Below, one piece after another: positions 1 through 9,615 of a stretch of DNA of 60,596 bases. The number at the start of each line of letters is the position of its first letter. Position 1 is the stretch's first letter. The notes beneath the pieces were generated by a model. That model did no database searches. It saw only the letters and a list, made by a program, of their open reading frames with translations, and was not told the origin of the DNA. Both the position numbers and the translations under genes were made by a program. The stretch is from a virus (taxonomy: Duplodnaviria; Caudoviricetes), in IMG/VR virus record IMGVR_UViG_3300009183_000103, positions 1 to 60,596 of that record. One strand, written 5' to 3'.

Positions 1-322
1 ACTAAGTTGTCAGATGTACCAGCGTTCCTGCGATATGTTCTTGGGCGTGCCCTTTAACATAGCATCCTATTCCTTGCTCACACATATGATCGCGCAGGTA
101 TGTGGGCTTGAGGCAGGTGAGTTCGTTCACGTGCTCGGCGACGCACACATATATCTGAACCACGTGGAGCAGGTAAAAGAACAATTGGCACGTGAACCCC
201 TACCGCTCCCCACCCTGTGGATTAATCCCGATGTCCAAGACATCTTAAACTTTACCATGGAGGACTTTAGACTAGATGGATACACAAGCCATGACAGCAT
301 CAAAGCGCCAATGGCGGTATGA
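1..322 (+). CDS. thyA: Thymidylate synthase, C-terminal part (5' truncated by the window)
   Basis: Motifs [27 protein letters not shown] and the C-terminus IKAPMAV are characteristic of ThyA. Confidence 0.96.
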   Translation, partial: LSCQMYQRSCDMFLGVPFNIASYSLLTHMIAQVCGLEAGEFVHVLGDAHIYLNHVEQVKEQLAREPLPLPTLWINPDVQDILNFTMEDFRLDGYTSHDSIKAPMAV

Positions 323-596
323 ACGTCCTCATCGTGTGAGGTTGTTTAGTCACGCTATACATTTTAAGAATGCCAGCGAGTTGACTGCTCGTCAGATCTA
401 TTTGCAGTGTGCAGGACACTTTAGCACCACTGATGAATATCGCTGGGTTGAAGAAAATGCTATCGAGATAGATTACTTCTTTGATGATCAAGTCACCAGT
501 TGGCATAAGACTGTATTGTTTTACGCAGATTTAAGTGAATCAGAATATGTTGATTACGCACTTAGATTTTTCAAGCATGGAGAGGAATGGAAATGA
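276..596 (+). CDS. Hypothetical phage protein (start uncertain)
   Basis: ORF packed between thyA and the next gene (ATGA overlap at 593-596); resembles the 1908-2162 protein. Confidence 0.7.
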   Translation: MDTQAMTASKRQWRYERPHRVRLFSHAIHFKNASELTARQIYLQCAGHFSTTDEYRWVEENAIEIDYFFDDQVTSWHKTVLFYADLSESEYVDYALRFFKHGEEWK

Positions 597-856
597 AATT
601 ACTTTTAATAGCGTTATTAGTATTTCCTTTAACGACCATGGCATTCTGTGAGCGTGAAGAAACCCTATATGCTAACAGTGTTAGCCTACACGTTAAAACA
701 AAAGAACTACATGAAACTAGTAAACAATTATTTGAACAAAAGAAGTTATCAGCAGAAAAACTAGTTGAAAGTTTTAACTTATTAAAAAGAACATTTGATA
801 TGGTGATTAAATCGCAACATCTTTATTATGAATGTAAAACAAGGACCATGGTATGA
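593..856 (+). CDS. Hypothetical protein with probable signal peptide
   Basis: [17 protein letters not shown] hydrophobic N-terminus; GAGGA at 582-586 upstream of ATG 593; ATGA overlaps at both ends. Confidence 0.7.
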   Translation: MKLLLIALLVFPLTTMAFCEREETLYANSVSLHVKTKELHETSKQLFEQKKLSAEKLVESFNLLKRTFDMVIKSQHLYYECKTRTMV

Positions 857-1071
857 AAATATCAGCAGACGGAGTAGAAGGACACTTACTATATACAGGC
901 ACTGGACAATATGTATTCAGAGTCTATACAGATAACTTTGAATTTACTGATTATGATTTGCTACACAGCGACTTATGTGTTACGATAACAGATAAGGATG
1001 CTACGTTCTATTCAGATAACAAAGGTAACAGATTAGATCATAATCCAGAAACACTAGGAGAAATTAAATGA
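853..1071 (+). CDS. Hypothetical phage protein
   Basis: 72-aa ORF with AAGGA upstream and ATGA coupling on both sides. Confidence 0.75.
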   Translation: MKISADGVEGHLLYTGTGQYVFRVYTDNFEFTDYDLLHSDLCVTITDKDATFYSDNKGNRLDHNPETLGEIK

Positions 1072-1727
1072 AAGTTTATATAAGCAAGTATAGAGATCAC
1101 TGGCTAAGCCCATACACGATCTGCGAGCGGATCTGTTGGTGGCGTGAGATCGACTATGATGAGCCCTGGGTCCAACGTGTTAACAAAGTATTAGGACCTG
1201 TTATGGACATATATAAAAAGATTTTAGACTTTATTCATCCACCTATCAACTATGTTAAGATTGACAATTATGATACATGGTCAATGGACTCAACTCTGAC
1301 TCCAATCATCTTGCCAATGTTAAAACAGCTTAAAGAAACCAAACACGGTGCTCCATACACAGAAGACTGTGATGTACCAGAACGCCTACGTAGCACTACT
1401 AAATCAGCACAGAAAGCTAAGAAGAATGATTGGGACAGTGATGGCAATCACTTCAAGCGTTGGGATTGGATCATGGATGAAATGATCTGGGCGTTTGAAC
1501 AGCTTGCTGATGATGAGTGGGAGGCACAGTTCCACACAGGTACCAGTGATATCGTATGGGTTCCAAGTAAAGAACTTGATGCTAAAGGTAAACCCTTGAC
1601 CTATGAAATGAAAGCGGGTCCTAAAGACACACGCAAGTGGGATAAGAAAGGCTATAATAAACACAGTACTCGTATAGACAACGGAACACGCTTGTTTGGT
1701 AAGTATTTCCGGGCTCTTTGGGATTAG
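1068..1727 (+). CDS. Hypothetical phage protein (Trp/Asp-rich)
   Basis: 219-aa ORF with AGGAG RBS; motifs IDNYDTWSMDSTL, RWDWIMDEMIWAF and LFGKYFRALWD resemble an unknown family I recall from large myophages. Confidence 0.85.
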   Translation: MKVYISKYRDHWLSPYTICERICWWREIDYDEPWVQRVNKVLGPVMDIYKKILDFIHPPINYVKIDNYDTWSMDSTLTPIILPMLKQLKETKHGAPYTEDCDVPERLRSTTKSAQKAKKNDWDSDGNHFKRWDWIMDEMIWAFEQLADDEWEAQFHTGTSDIVWVPSKELDAKGKPLTYEMKAGPKDTRKWDKKGYNKHSTRIDNGTRLFGKYFRALWD

Positions 1728-1728
1728 C

Positions 1729-1911
1729 ATGGAAGTCGCAGAAGCTGAACGATTAATAGTTGAATCATGTGATTATCATATCGCCGAACACGATCAACTA
1801 TTAGGTATCATGTCTGGAATGAAAGGTAATGCTAAATTTGATCTTGTTAAAAAGAATATAAAAGCACAGCGCAAACATTTTATCGCGATGAAGAAAATAT
1901 TTGAAGAATGA
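1729..1911 (+). CDS. Hypothetical protein
   Basis: ATG at 1729 follows the upstream stop; ATGA overlap with the next gene. Confidence 0.6.
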   Translation: MEVAEAERLIVESCDYHIAEHDQLLGIMSGMKGNAKFDLVKKNIKAQRKHFIAMKKIFEE

Positions 1912-2162
1912 AATACATCGTTCACACTATTGAGATGGGTGATGTAGAAGATCCTGAGATCTATGCCGCAGCACCTATAATAGACTTTGAACGCAGTGAA
2001 AAAGGTCGTTGGTTGATGGCTAATAGTTATAAACAATTAGAGTTTACTATACGTCCAAATGAACGTACCTACGGTTGGAAAATATTAATTTGGAGTTATT
2101 TAAACGAGCAAGATTTAACTTTTTATAGTTTAAAATGGGGAGAAGCAGAAGATGAGTTATGA
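1908..2162 (+). CDS. Hypothetical phage protein
   Basis: 84-aa ORF (MGDVEDPEIYAAAP...YSLKW), translationally coupled. Confidence 0.75.
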   Translation: MKYIVHTIEMGDVEDPEIYAAAPIIDFERSEKGRWLMANSYKQLEFTIRPNERTYGWKILIWSYLNEQDLTFYSLKWGEAEDEL

Positions 2163-2307
2163 TATTTTAAAAGCCGCATTAGAAAAAAAGAAACAACAAC
2201 AGCAACAAGGTGTAAAAGGTAGTAAGGTTGACAGCAAAGGTGGTCCTGCTAAATCACAGGTTACTGTGAATAAACCTACTAAAAAATCAGCCGGAAGGGG
2301 AAGGTAG
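2152..2307 (+). CDS. Small basic protein, 51 aa (not in the ORF track)
   Basis: MSYDILKAALEKKKQQQQQGVKGSKVDSKGGPAKSQVTVNKPTKKSAGRGR; GGGGAG upstream; fills the gap exactly and its TAG overlaps the GTG of the epimerase. Confidence 0.75.
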   Translation: MSYDILKAALEKKKQQQQQGVKGSKVDSKGGPAKSQVTVNKPTKKSAGRGR

Positions 2308-3272
2308 TGAAATACTTAGTTACAGGTGGTGCTGGATTTATAGGACACAATGTTGTTCGCCTCCTTGAACAACAAGGTCATGAATGTGTCGTCATTGATA
2401 CCTGCACTGACTATGGATTTATTCCCAAAGAAGAATTAACTTATCTAATAGATAATCGTCTTAAACGTATCAATACCCGAATAAGAAAGATTGATATACG
2501 TGAAGAGATCTTTGTGGATACTATATTCAAAACCTACGAGCCAGATGTTGTTATACATATGGCAAGTTTTCCTAGGCAAAAAGTGGTTGAACAGAATCCT
2601 AGACTAGCCAGTGATGTCATGTCCAATGGGTTGATTAATCTATTAGAAAAAAGCAAACGACATAAAGTTAAGAAGTTTGTGTATATTTCAAGTAGTATGG
2701 TCTATGGAGACTTTACCTCTGATGTATTAGAAGCGCATCCGTGTAAGCCACAAGGGCAATACGGCATCATGAAACTCATGGGTGAGAAACTTGTAGAAGA
2801 CTATTCACGTCAAGGTGCGTTTGATTATACTATCATCCGTCCAAGTGCTGTATATGGCGAGTGGGACGTAGAGGATCGTGTGGTTAGTAAGTTCATGACG
2901 ACTGCCATGCGTGGTGAAACACTAAAGGTAAAAGGTGCTGATGAAGTCCTAGACTTTACCTATGTAGAAGATACTGCTCAAGGCATAGTCTTAGCCGCAA
3001 CCAAAGATGTAGCAAATGGTAAAGTATACAATGTCACACGCAGTGATGAAACGCAATATACTCTCAAAGATGCCGCAGAACTTGCTATTAAGATAGCAGG
3101 TCGAGGTAGTTTAGAAATTGCAGATCGTGATCTAAGTTTCCCCAAGCGTGGCCGTTTAAGTATCATGCGAGCACAGCGTGATCTAGGATATAATCCTCAA
3201 GTAGGTGTAGAAGAAGGTTTTCAAAGGTATTATGACTGGTATTCCCAAAATCCCATTCTTTGGCGTAGATAG
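2307..3272 (+). CDS. NAD-dependent NDP-sugar epimerase/dehydratase (extended SDR)
   Basis: VTGGAGFIG Rossmann motif, SSSMVYG, YGIMK (YxxxK), DFTYVED. Confidence 0.93.
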   Translation: MKYLVTGGAGFIGHNVVRLLEQQGHECVVIDTCTDYGFIPKEELTYLIDNRLKRINTRIRKIDIREEIFVDTIFKTYEPDVVIHMASFPRQKVVEQNPRLASDVMSNGLINLLEKSKRHKVKKFVYISSSMVYGDFTSDVLEAHPCKPQGQYGIMKLMGEKLVEDYSRQGAFDYTIIRPSAVYGEWDVEDRVVSKFMTTAMRGETLKVKGADEVLDFTYVEDTAQGIVLAATKDVANGKVYNVTRSDETQYTLKDAAELAIKIAGRGSLEIADRDLSFPKRGRLSIMRAQRDLGYNPQVGVEEGFQRYYDWYSQNPILWRR

Positions 3273-4353
3273 ACAATATAACGATCTACGTGAAGAGATC
3301 TTAGACGTCACTGATCTAGTCTATGCCTCTGGCCAGGTGCTTGACGGTCCTAGAACTAAAATGTTTGAACAGGCTATCGCCAAGATGACTGAACGCAAGT
3401 ATGCTGTAGCAGTTGGTAGTGGCACCCAGGCTCTTATATTTGCTCTACACGCCTTAAATGATCATGTTAAATTAGACATAGACAAGTCCAATGTTTTAAT
3501 CCCTGGCCAAAGTTATGTCGCCACGGTTAATTCAGTATTAGAAGCTGGCTATGATCCTGTGTTCTGTGATGTAGATCCCATCAGTGGATTGATGGATCTT
3601 AATACTATCCCATTACATGCAAGTAAAATCAGTGCTATGATGTATGTTAATCTATTTGGCAACATACTTGACCAAGAACGTTTAATCACCTATCAAGAAA
3701 TATTTGCTGATGGCAAGATACCTGTTATTGAAGATGCCGCACAGAGCTTTGGTGCTTACTATCGCGGAGTACCCAGTGGTAAACTAGGTGACATCAGCAT
3801 CTTAAGTTTTGATCCTACTAAGAATTTAAACAACTATGGATCAGGTGGCATGGTTTTAACTGATAATCCAGACCATGCTGAAATGTTTCGCAGTTACCGT
3901 GATAATGGCAAGTCCTTAGCTCACAACGTCACCGGCACTAACAGCAAGATGTCAGAAGCAGACTGTGCGCAGATGTTGGTTAAGTTAAAATACTTTGACG
4001 ATTGGCAAAAGCGTAGAGCAGAAATTGCAGAATACTATACTACAGAATTAGATGGCTACGTAGAATTGATACCTATAGATCCAAACGTTGAACATGCATG
4101 GAGTAAATTCGTTGTACATCACCATAGTCGCAATGTATTAAATATTGACTTAGCTGATAAAGGTATTGAAACTAAAATAAATTATCCTATACCATTACAT
4201 CTGCATCCAGTGTCGTATGTTAATGCTGATGTGGGAATATTGGAAGGTGCTGAACAGTTTAGTCGCACTTGTTTGAGTTTACCCATCTATCCAGAACTAG
4301 AAGACTATGAAGTCGAATACATAGTTGATGCTATCAAACAGAGTATCTACTAG
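3232..4353 (+). CDS. DegT/DnrJ/EryC1/StrS-family PLP-dependent sugar aminotransferase
   Basis: SGTQAL, IEDAAQSFGA, SFDPTKNL (PLP lysine), LSLPIYP. Confidence 0.93.
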   Translation: MTGIPKIPFFGVDRQYNDLREEILDVTDLVYASGQVLDGPRTKMFEQAIAKMTERKYAVAVGSGTQALIFALHALNDHVKLDIDKSNVLIPGQSYVATVNSVLEAGYDPVFCDVDPISGLMDLNTIPLHASKISAMMYVNLFGNILDQERLITYQEIFADGKIPVIEDAAQSFGAYYRGVPSGKLGDISILSFDPTKNLNNYGSGGMVLTDNPDHAEMFRSYRDNGKSLAHNVTGTNSKMSEADCAQMLVKLKYFDDWQKRRAEIAEYYTTELDGYVELIPIDPNVEHAWSKFVVHHHSRNVLNIDLADKGIETKINYPIPLHLHPVSYVNADVGILEGAEQFSRTCLSLPIYPELEDYEVEYIVDAIKQSIY

Positions 4354-5635
4354 AGTAGTATTCTCGTAACCACGCCCATTCAAAGCTCCGCATTAGCTCC
4401 GTGTAATCACCGTTGACTTTATTATAATAGTCAACAGCATCAGCAGCACCTAATAAACTAAATTCAGCATGGTCACCATCACCAACGCTTAACCAAGTGT
4501 CCATGCGATAACCGCTTTCAACGCTACCTGTTTTAACTATATCATCTTTGAGTTTTAACACTTCACGGAAAGCAGTGCGCCAAGTTAGTTCTGGTGTGGT
4601 GTTGTAATGAGCGATGGCACTTACCCGAGGAACCACTGCATGGGCACGACTTAGGGTAAAGTCTAACCCCCAATCGTCTGTTTCTAATACTAATCGTTTA
4701 TTATAAGCAATAACACCCATGTGTCCATATTCTAATCCGTTTACAGGATTACGACTGTTGAATATATAATGTTTGGGTTCTTGTAGCCAGTCTGGTTGCC
4801 ATGCCCAATCAAAGTCTTTGACTACTTCTAGTTTAGCAAACACAGTAAAGAACCAAGGTGTGCTACTTAATTCAGCAGCTGCTTTGTATGCTAGTGCCCG
4901 GCCATTGACATTTATTATTCGTTTAACTTCGCGCCCACAGGTTTGAGCAAGGTGGGTATACCAACGTTCTGCTTCGGGTTCGCCGTTGCTGATATAGATA
5001 ATATCTAATAGATCAGGGGTCAAATACTCCTGTTTTTGCTTGATAATATATGGATAATCATAGATTTGCTTGCCTAAATATGCCTGAACGTCACGTGGGG
5101 CTATACTGATACTACCCGCATCGTTAAAACTATAAAAGGCACGTTTATTCCATAATGGAGGATAAAAATCTACTGCTTCATTTACCCAAACATAAGGTGC
5201 GTCAAACTTGTATTGTTTAAGTTCTTGAGTAATATCTTCTGTGGCAGTTTCTAATACAGGCCATGGTAGTCTGGGCACACCTGGGTAATGCCAATTGACT
5301 TCTTTATACCATTCTAATAGGGCTATGTCCCATTGCTTTTTAAACTCATCTACGTTGATTAAGAACGTGTCACCAAATTTTTCGTAGCCACTATGCCAAC
5401 AGTGTAGTTGATATGCTTCCCATGGAACTGCCCGATATTCAAAATCAAAATCTGTGTAATCACAGCAACTGGCAATGACCCAGATCCAAGGTGTGCGGGC
5501 TTTGGCTATACAACGACGGATAGTATCTAGATGATTATCATAGTAACGAACTGTTTTAGCGTGTGGGAACCGTTCAGCCAATGTTTGGACATTAGCATCA
5601 TGCCCACCTAAGTCCATGATAAAAAGATCATACAT
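4334..5635 (-). CDS. Glycosyltransferase-like protein with two tandem GT-A-like domains lacking DxD
   Basis: C-terminal half aligns by eye with 19726-20619 (DIIYISNGEP/DCIYLSYDEP; SRNPVNGLEYG/ARNTINGLMYG; WRTAFRE/WRAGFRE); start set at the TAATG overlap at 5635. Confidence 0.65.
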   Translation of the reverse strand: MYDLFIMDLGGHDANVQTLAERFPHAKTVRYYDNHLDTIRRCIAKARTPWIWVIASCCDYTDFDFEYRAVPWEAYQLHCWHSGYEKFGDTFLINVDEFKKQWDIALLEWYKEVNWHYPGVPRLPWPVLETATEDITQELKQYKFDAPYVWVNEAVDFYPPLWNKRAFYSFNDAGSISIAPRDVQAYLGKQIYDYPYIIKQKQEYLTPDLLDIIYISNGEPEAERWYTHLAQTCGREVKRIINVNGRALAYKAAAELSSTPWFFTVFAKLEVVKDFDWAWQPDWLQEPKHYIFNSRNPVNGLEYGHMGVIAYNKRLVLETDDWGLDFTLSRAHAVVPRVSAIAHYNTTPELTWRTAFREVLKLKDDIVKTGSVESGYRMDTWLSVGDGDHAEFSLLGAADAVDYYNKVNGDYTELMRSFEWAWLREYYSSRYSV

Positions 5636-6069
5636 TATGGTAGCAACATATGGATTAAATCTGCCAAGGTCTCTGACCATTTGTCGCTGGCAAATTCATC
5701 TATCCTTATATCATATTCCTCTTCTGTAGGTTTTTGGAAAATAGCGTTAGTATCTTTGTATTCGCTTCTCCTAACTGTATCCATCCAAATAACCATATCC
5801 GCATCAAACACTTCACGTAGTTCACGTGTAGGACAAACGAAATCACAGATCATTATAAATCCAGCTTCAACTCCACGATCAGCGATAGCACGCATTCGTA
5901 CTGCTTGACGGCGGCGACCTTCTGAACTAAAGTCCCAATCATTGGTTTCTTTACGTAGATCATCAGCATTGGTCCACTCAGTATGATGATTCTTTAATAA
6001 TTCATCAAATAACTTTTGTGCTAGTGTAGTTTTTCCGCTACCCGGCAGTCCCATTATTAATATTTTCAT
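5635..6069 (-). CDS. Adenylylsulfate (APS) kinase-like P-loop kinase, short form
   Basis: GLPGSGKTT P-loop, NADDLR, DFSSEGRRRQ and DFVCP match the CysC layout; the RDPKGLY lid segment is absent. Confidence 0.75.
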   Translation of the reverse strand: MKILIMGLPGSGKTTLAQKLFDELLKNHHTEWTNADDLRKETNDWDFSSEGRRRQAVRMRAIADRGVEAGFIMICDFVCPTRELREVFDADMVIWMDTVRRSEYKDTNAIFQKPTEEEYDIRIDEFASDKWSETLADLIHMLLP

Positions 6070-6793
6070 AATTTTTATATTCTCGGTAAAAATCTTCCAT
6101 TACATCTCGATGCCACCATCCGCAGAAATGTTCATTATCTCGAGCTTTTAGATATGCTCCGGGATCGTGATCTTTTAAGGCTTGCTCCATGTCAATAGAC
6201 AATAGTTTAAAACTATATACTTTTTTTAATAATTCAACAATCGTTTTGTTTTTCATTTGATTATTGTAGATATCATTGTCTTCAAAATATAGTCTATATT
6301 CGGATTCATTCCACGGACCATTAAATTGAGTGCCGGTTTTATTTTGTCCATGATGATAGGTTTCAAATCTATACACACTAGGCCACAAAATTGCAACAAT
6401 TTTTGGTTTTAATATTGGTATTAAATTTACAGCCAGTCTGGTTACGGTATCTGCGCTGGCTCCACCTAAGCCGGCATTATAAACAACGTGATCATTAAAA
6501 TACGTTGCACCTAACTGTTCGGGCCAATTATCTTCTACAGGTATCCCAACTCCAACTGTATGACTACAACCCAATGTCAATAAAATTAGATTATCGGGAT
6601 GGATTTCAAACTCTCTACTTCTAAATCCTTGACTGTTATATTTGTAGCTTAAACTATGTTCTTCCCAATGGGGCGATGGATTTTTATTGTAATTTTCTTT
6701 AGTATCAGAGTCAGCCAAACTGAACCACATTTCTTGTCCGGGAGGATACGTTCCTACGTTTAACGAACAACCTAATTCCCAATAGTTCTTCAT
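6038..6793 (-). CDS. SGNH/GDSL-hydrolase-like protein
   Basis: LGCSHTVG block I, NAGLGGAS block II, C-terminal DNEH; NSQGFRS motif before block I. Confidence 0.7.
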   Translation of the reverse strand: MKNYWELGCSLNVGTYPPGQEMWFSLADSDTKENYNKNPSPHWEEHSLSYKYNSQGFRSREFEIHPDNLILLTLGCSHTVGVGIPVEDNWPEQLGATYFNDHVVYNAGLGGASADTVTRLAVNLIPILKPKIVAILWPSVYRFETYHHGQNKTGTQFNGPWNESEYRLYFEDNDIYNNQMKNKTIVELLKKVYSFKLLSIDMEQALKDHDPGAYLKARDNEHFCGWWHRDVMEDFYREYKNYENINNGTAG

Positions 6794-8256
6794 GACAACA
6801 CTCGAACTCCATATAACTTTTCAAAACGGTCAGCATCACTACGGTCATTGACCATGGGCTCACCACGGATATTTAGACTAGTATTTAACAGCATGGGACA
6901 ACCAGTCCACTCAAACCATGCTTCTAATAGTTGTCTTATTCCCGACCCATCAGCGGCAACAGTTTGTACACGAGATGTACGGTCAGCATGAATGATGGCA
7001 GGATAAAGATCAGGCTGCCGACAATAAGCGACTGTCTGCATATACCTGCTAGTAGGCCAACCACTAGGCATATCAAAATATTCCTTACATACCTCTTCCA
7101 AAATAACGGGTGCAAATGGCCTGAACTGTTGACGTTGTTTGATTGCATTTACTCTCTCCTTGATATCAGCACCACGTGGGTCTGCTAATAAACTACGATT
7201 GCCTAGTGCTCTAGGTCCAAATTCTGCACGGCCATTGGCGACTCCAACTATTTTATTAGTTAGTAATTCACTTATTAAATCTTTAACAGGATAGGGACCA
7301 GCTATGTCTGTACCTAGATAAGCATTCTGCCAGTTTAACTTACCGCCATAACTCAATGCCGCAGCACCTAGGCTACTACCACAATCACCAGGGTTAGGCA
7401 TGATCCAAATATTTTGAAAGTAAGCACCTATTAGGTCATTGGCTTTACAGTTTAGTGCCACTCCGCCCATGTAAACTAAGTTACCAGTCGTATCTAATTC
7501 TTCAGCACGTAGCATGATATGATGTAGGCATTGTTCTAATGTATATTGCGCACTGGCAGCTATCTCAAAGTCTGTCATACCAGGATGATATTCATCACAG
7601 CCAACATGTAGGTTTTGTTTAAATTGTAGATTATGTGCGTTAGCCAAGAAGTCGCCATACATATTTGCATCAAACTGAGCATAAGCAGCCATTCCCATTA
7701 AGATATATTCTTCATCTAAAGGTTTAAGTCCAGCACGTTTAGTCATAGCTGAATAAAATAAACCTAGACTATGTGGATACTTCTGGCTCCATAATTTTTT
7801 ATATACTGCACGGCCGTTAACGTATTCAGCTGACCAAATACTTGCTGTATCCCATTCGCCTATAGCATCAATAACAACTACTGTAGCACGATCATATGGG
7901 CTAGTTTGGAATCCTGCGGCTGCGTGACTTAAATGGTGACCATGATATTCGATGTCTGGTGGATTTTTATTTGGCCAAATTTTACGTATCTTGTCCTCAA
8001 TACTAGTATCAAACAAGTCTTTGTATTGTCCGGCATAGAGTTGACGTGTTTTCTTTAACCAAGGGCGTTCGTAATAGGCGATACGATCCGGTATGCCACA
8101 ATGTGCAAAACAATCGGCAAGAATCTCACGATTGAACTCACTGTCGTGTTTAACTTTACTATAACGTTCACTGTGCGCGGCAAACAAGATCTCACCATCA
8201 CAGATGAGACTTACGCCTGCATCATGGAAGCCGGACGATATTCCTAAGATATTCAT
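6790..8256 (-). CDS. O-carbamoyltransferase (NodU/CmcH/TobZ family)
   Basis: HDAG, SERYSKVKH, HHLSHAA, DAIGE, GGVALN, EFGPRALGNRS, FRPFAP, LLNTSLN. Confidence 0.95.
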   Translation of the reverse strand: MNILGISSGFHDAGVSLICDGEILFAAHSERYSKVKHDSEFNREILADCFAHCGIPDRIAYYERPWLKKTRQLYAGQYKDLFDTSIEDKIRKIWPNKNPPDIEYHGHHLSHAAAGFQTSPYDRATVVVIDAIGEWDTASIWSAEYVNGRAVYKKLWSQKYPHSLGLFYSAMTKRAGLKPLDEEYILMGMAAYAQFDANMYGDFLANAHNLQFKQNLHVGCDEYHPGMTDFEIAASAQYTLEQCLHHIMLRAEELDTTGNLVYMGGVALNCKANDLIGAYFQNIWIMPNPGDCGSSLGAAALSYGGKLNWQNAYLGTDIAGPYPVKDLISELLTNKIVGVANGRAEFGPRALGNRSLLADPRGADIKERVNAIKQRQQFRPFAPVILEEVCKEYFDMPSGWPTSRYMQTVAYCRQPDLYPAIIHADRTSRVQTVAADGSGIRQLLEAWFEWTGCPMLLNTSLNIRGEPMVNDRSDADRFEKLYGVRVLS

Positions 8257-8983
8257 ATATTATTTTTTCTGCTTCAATGTGTGCTTCTTCTAATGGATGT
8301 GTTGTTCCTATAGGAAAACCTTTTTCTTTTGCCCACTCATAAAATCCTAAATTAGTAGGAAACCATAACCATCTTTCACGATCAAATTGATTTAATAATG
8401 TAGTTAATGTGTTATCATTTTTAAAATGGTCGACATTGGTCAGACCATGGTCAACACTAGTAAACAAATAAGGTATATTTTTTAACTGTAAATATTGCTG
8501 TAACATAATAATTTCGCAAAGACTATTGTAAAGTTCCCAATATTCAAATGTACCCACGTAGTGATAAAATACTTTAGCAAACTGCCTAATTCCTTTTTCT
8601 TTTTCTTCTTTTAACTTACTAACATGCCAATCAAATACAACAGGATTGTCCACTGCAAATTCTTTTTTGATATCGTTAACGTTGTCTACAATAGACCACG
8701 CACTTATTTGCTCCCACGTTTCATCAAATTTAAATTCGTATCTACTCAAAAAACTCCAAGTAACTAGCACTAATCCAATTTCTTCTTTAGTTTGTTCGCA
8801 GACCGTCATTACAGTCCTACGTATAGCGTTATTACTATATCCCGGTTGTGCCGCACAATGGTAAGACATTCCCAAATGATTGGCCAATAATGCTGCATAA
8901 CTAGATTTACTATATTCAGTATAGCCATCAGCTAGCTCACTACCATAGGTAAAACTATCGCCGCCGGCGATTAACTTACCCAA
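8222..8983 (-). CDS. SGNH/GDSL-like protein
   Basis: GGDSFTYG, PGYSN, C-terminal HPLEEAH; probable TTG start at 8983 after GGAGA. Confidence 0.7.
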   Translation of the reverse strand: MGKLIAGGDSFTYGSELADGYTEYSKSSYAALLANHLGMSYHCAAQPGYSNNAIRRTVMTVCEQTKEEIGLVLVTWSFLSRYEFKFDETWEQISAWSIVDNVNDIKKEFAVDNPVVFDWHVSKLKEEKEKGIRQFAKVFYHYVGTFEYWELYNSLCEIIMLQQYLQLKNIPYLFTSVDHGLTNVDHFKNDNTLTTLLNQFDRERWLWFPTNLGFYEWAKEKGFPIGTTHPLEEAHIEAEKIIYEYLRNIVRLP

Positions 8984-9615
8984 GATAATTTCTCCATATG
9001 CCCATAAATTTTTTCTGCTACCTTTATATGTCCTTCTTCTAAAAAATGCCCCCGATCTCCTACCGGACATTGATAAGCCCATTCCATCATAGTATCAACA
9101 GGCCAACCTACATAAAATCTACCATCAATTTGATCTAATAAATCTTTGTTAACATTAGCGGTGCGGTTATTGACCTGATGATTACCAAAACTATCTAGCA
9201 TCAAATAAGGTTTATTATTTGCTTTAAAAAAGTTTTGTATAAGAATGATGTTTAGCAAGTATTGTCTATATAGGTAATCATCGTTGTGATGACGACTAAA
9301 ATATTCTATTACTTCCCAGCGCCATGGACTGTATTGTTTATGTGGCAATGTTCCACCGCCTGGCCATAGGTCATAAAATCCATTTTCATCTGCCATTTCG
9401 ATACGTGCAAAGTGACTCCATGCTATAATGGCCATATCGTAGTTGTTAATTTGCTCTACGCAATGTCTGACCATGCGTGTATTACCACTACCCGGTTTAG
9501 CTAGGTTAATGACTTCATATCCTATTTTTTTACCCAAAACAAAAGGCCAAGCGTTGTTTAAATCGCTTAGTTCTTCCCCATAGGTAAAGCTATCCCCAAC
9601 CGATAATAAACGCAT
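8971..9615 (-). CDS. SGNH/GDSL-like protein
   Basis: VGDSFTYG, NLAKPGSGN, DRGHFLEEGH. Confidence 0.78.
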   Translation of the reverse strand: MRLLSVGDSFTYGEELSDLNNAWPFVLGKKIGYEVINLAKPGSGNTRMVRHCVEQINNYDMAIIAWSHFARIEMADENGFYDLWPGGGTLPHKQYSPWRWEVIEYFSRHHNDDYLYRQYLLNIILIQNFFKANNKPYLMLDSFGNHQVNNRTANVNKDLLDQIDGRFYVGWPVDTMMEWAYQCPVGDRGHFLEEGHIKVAEKIYGHMEKLSWVS

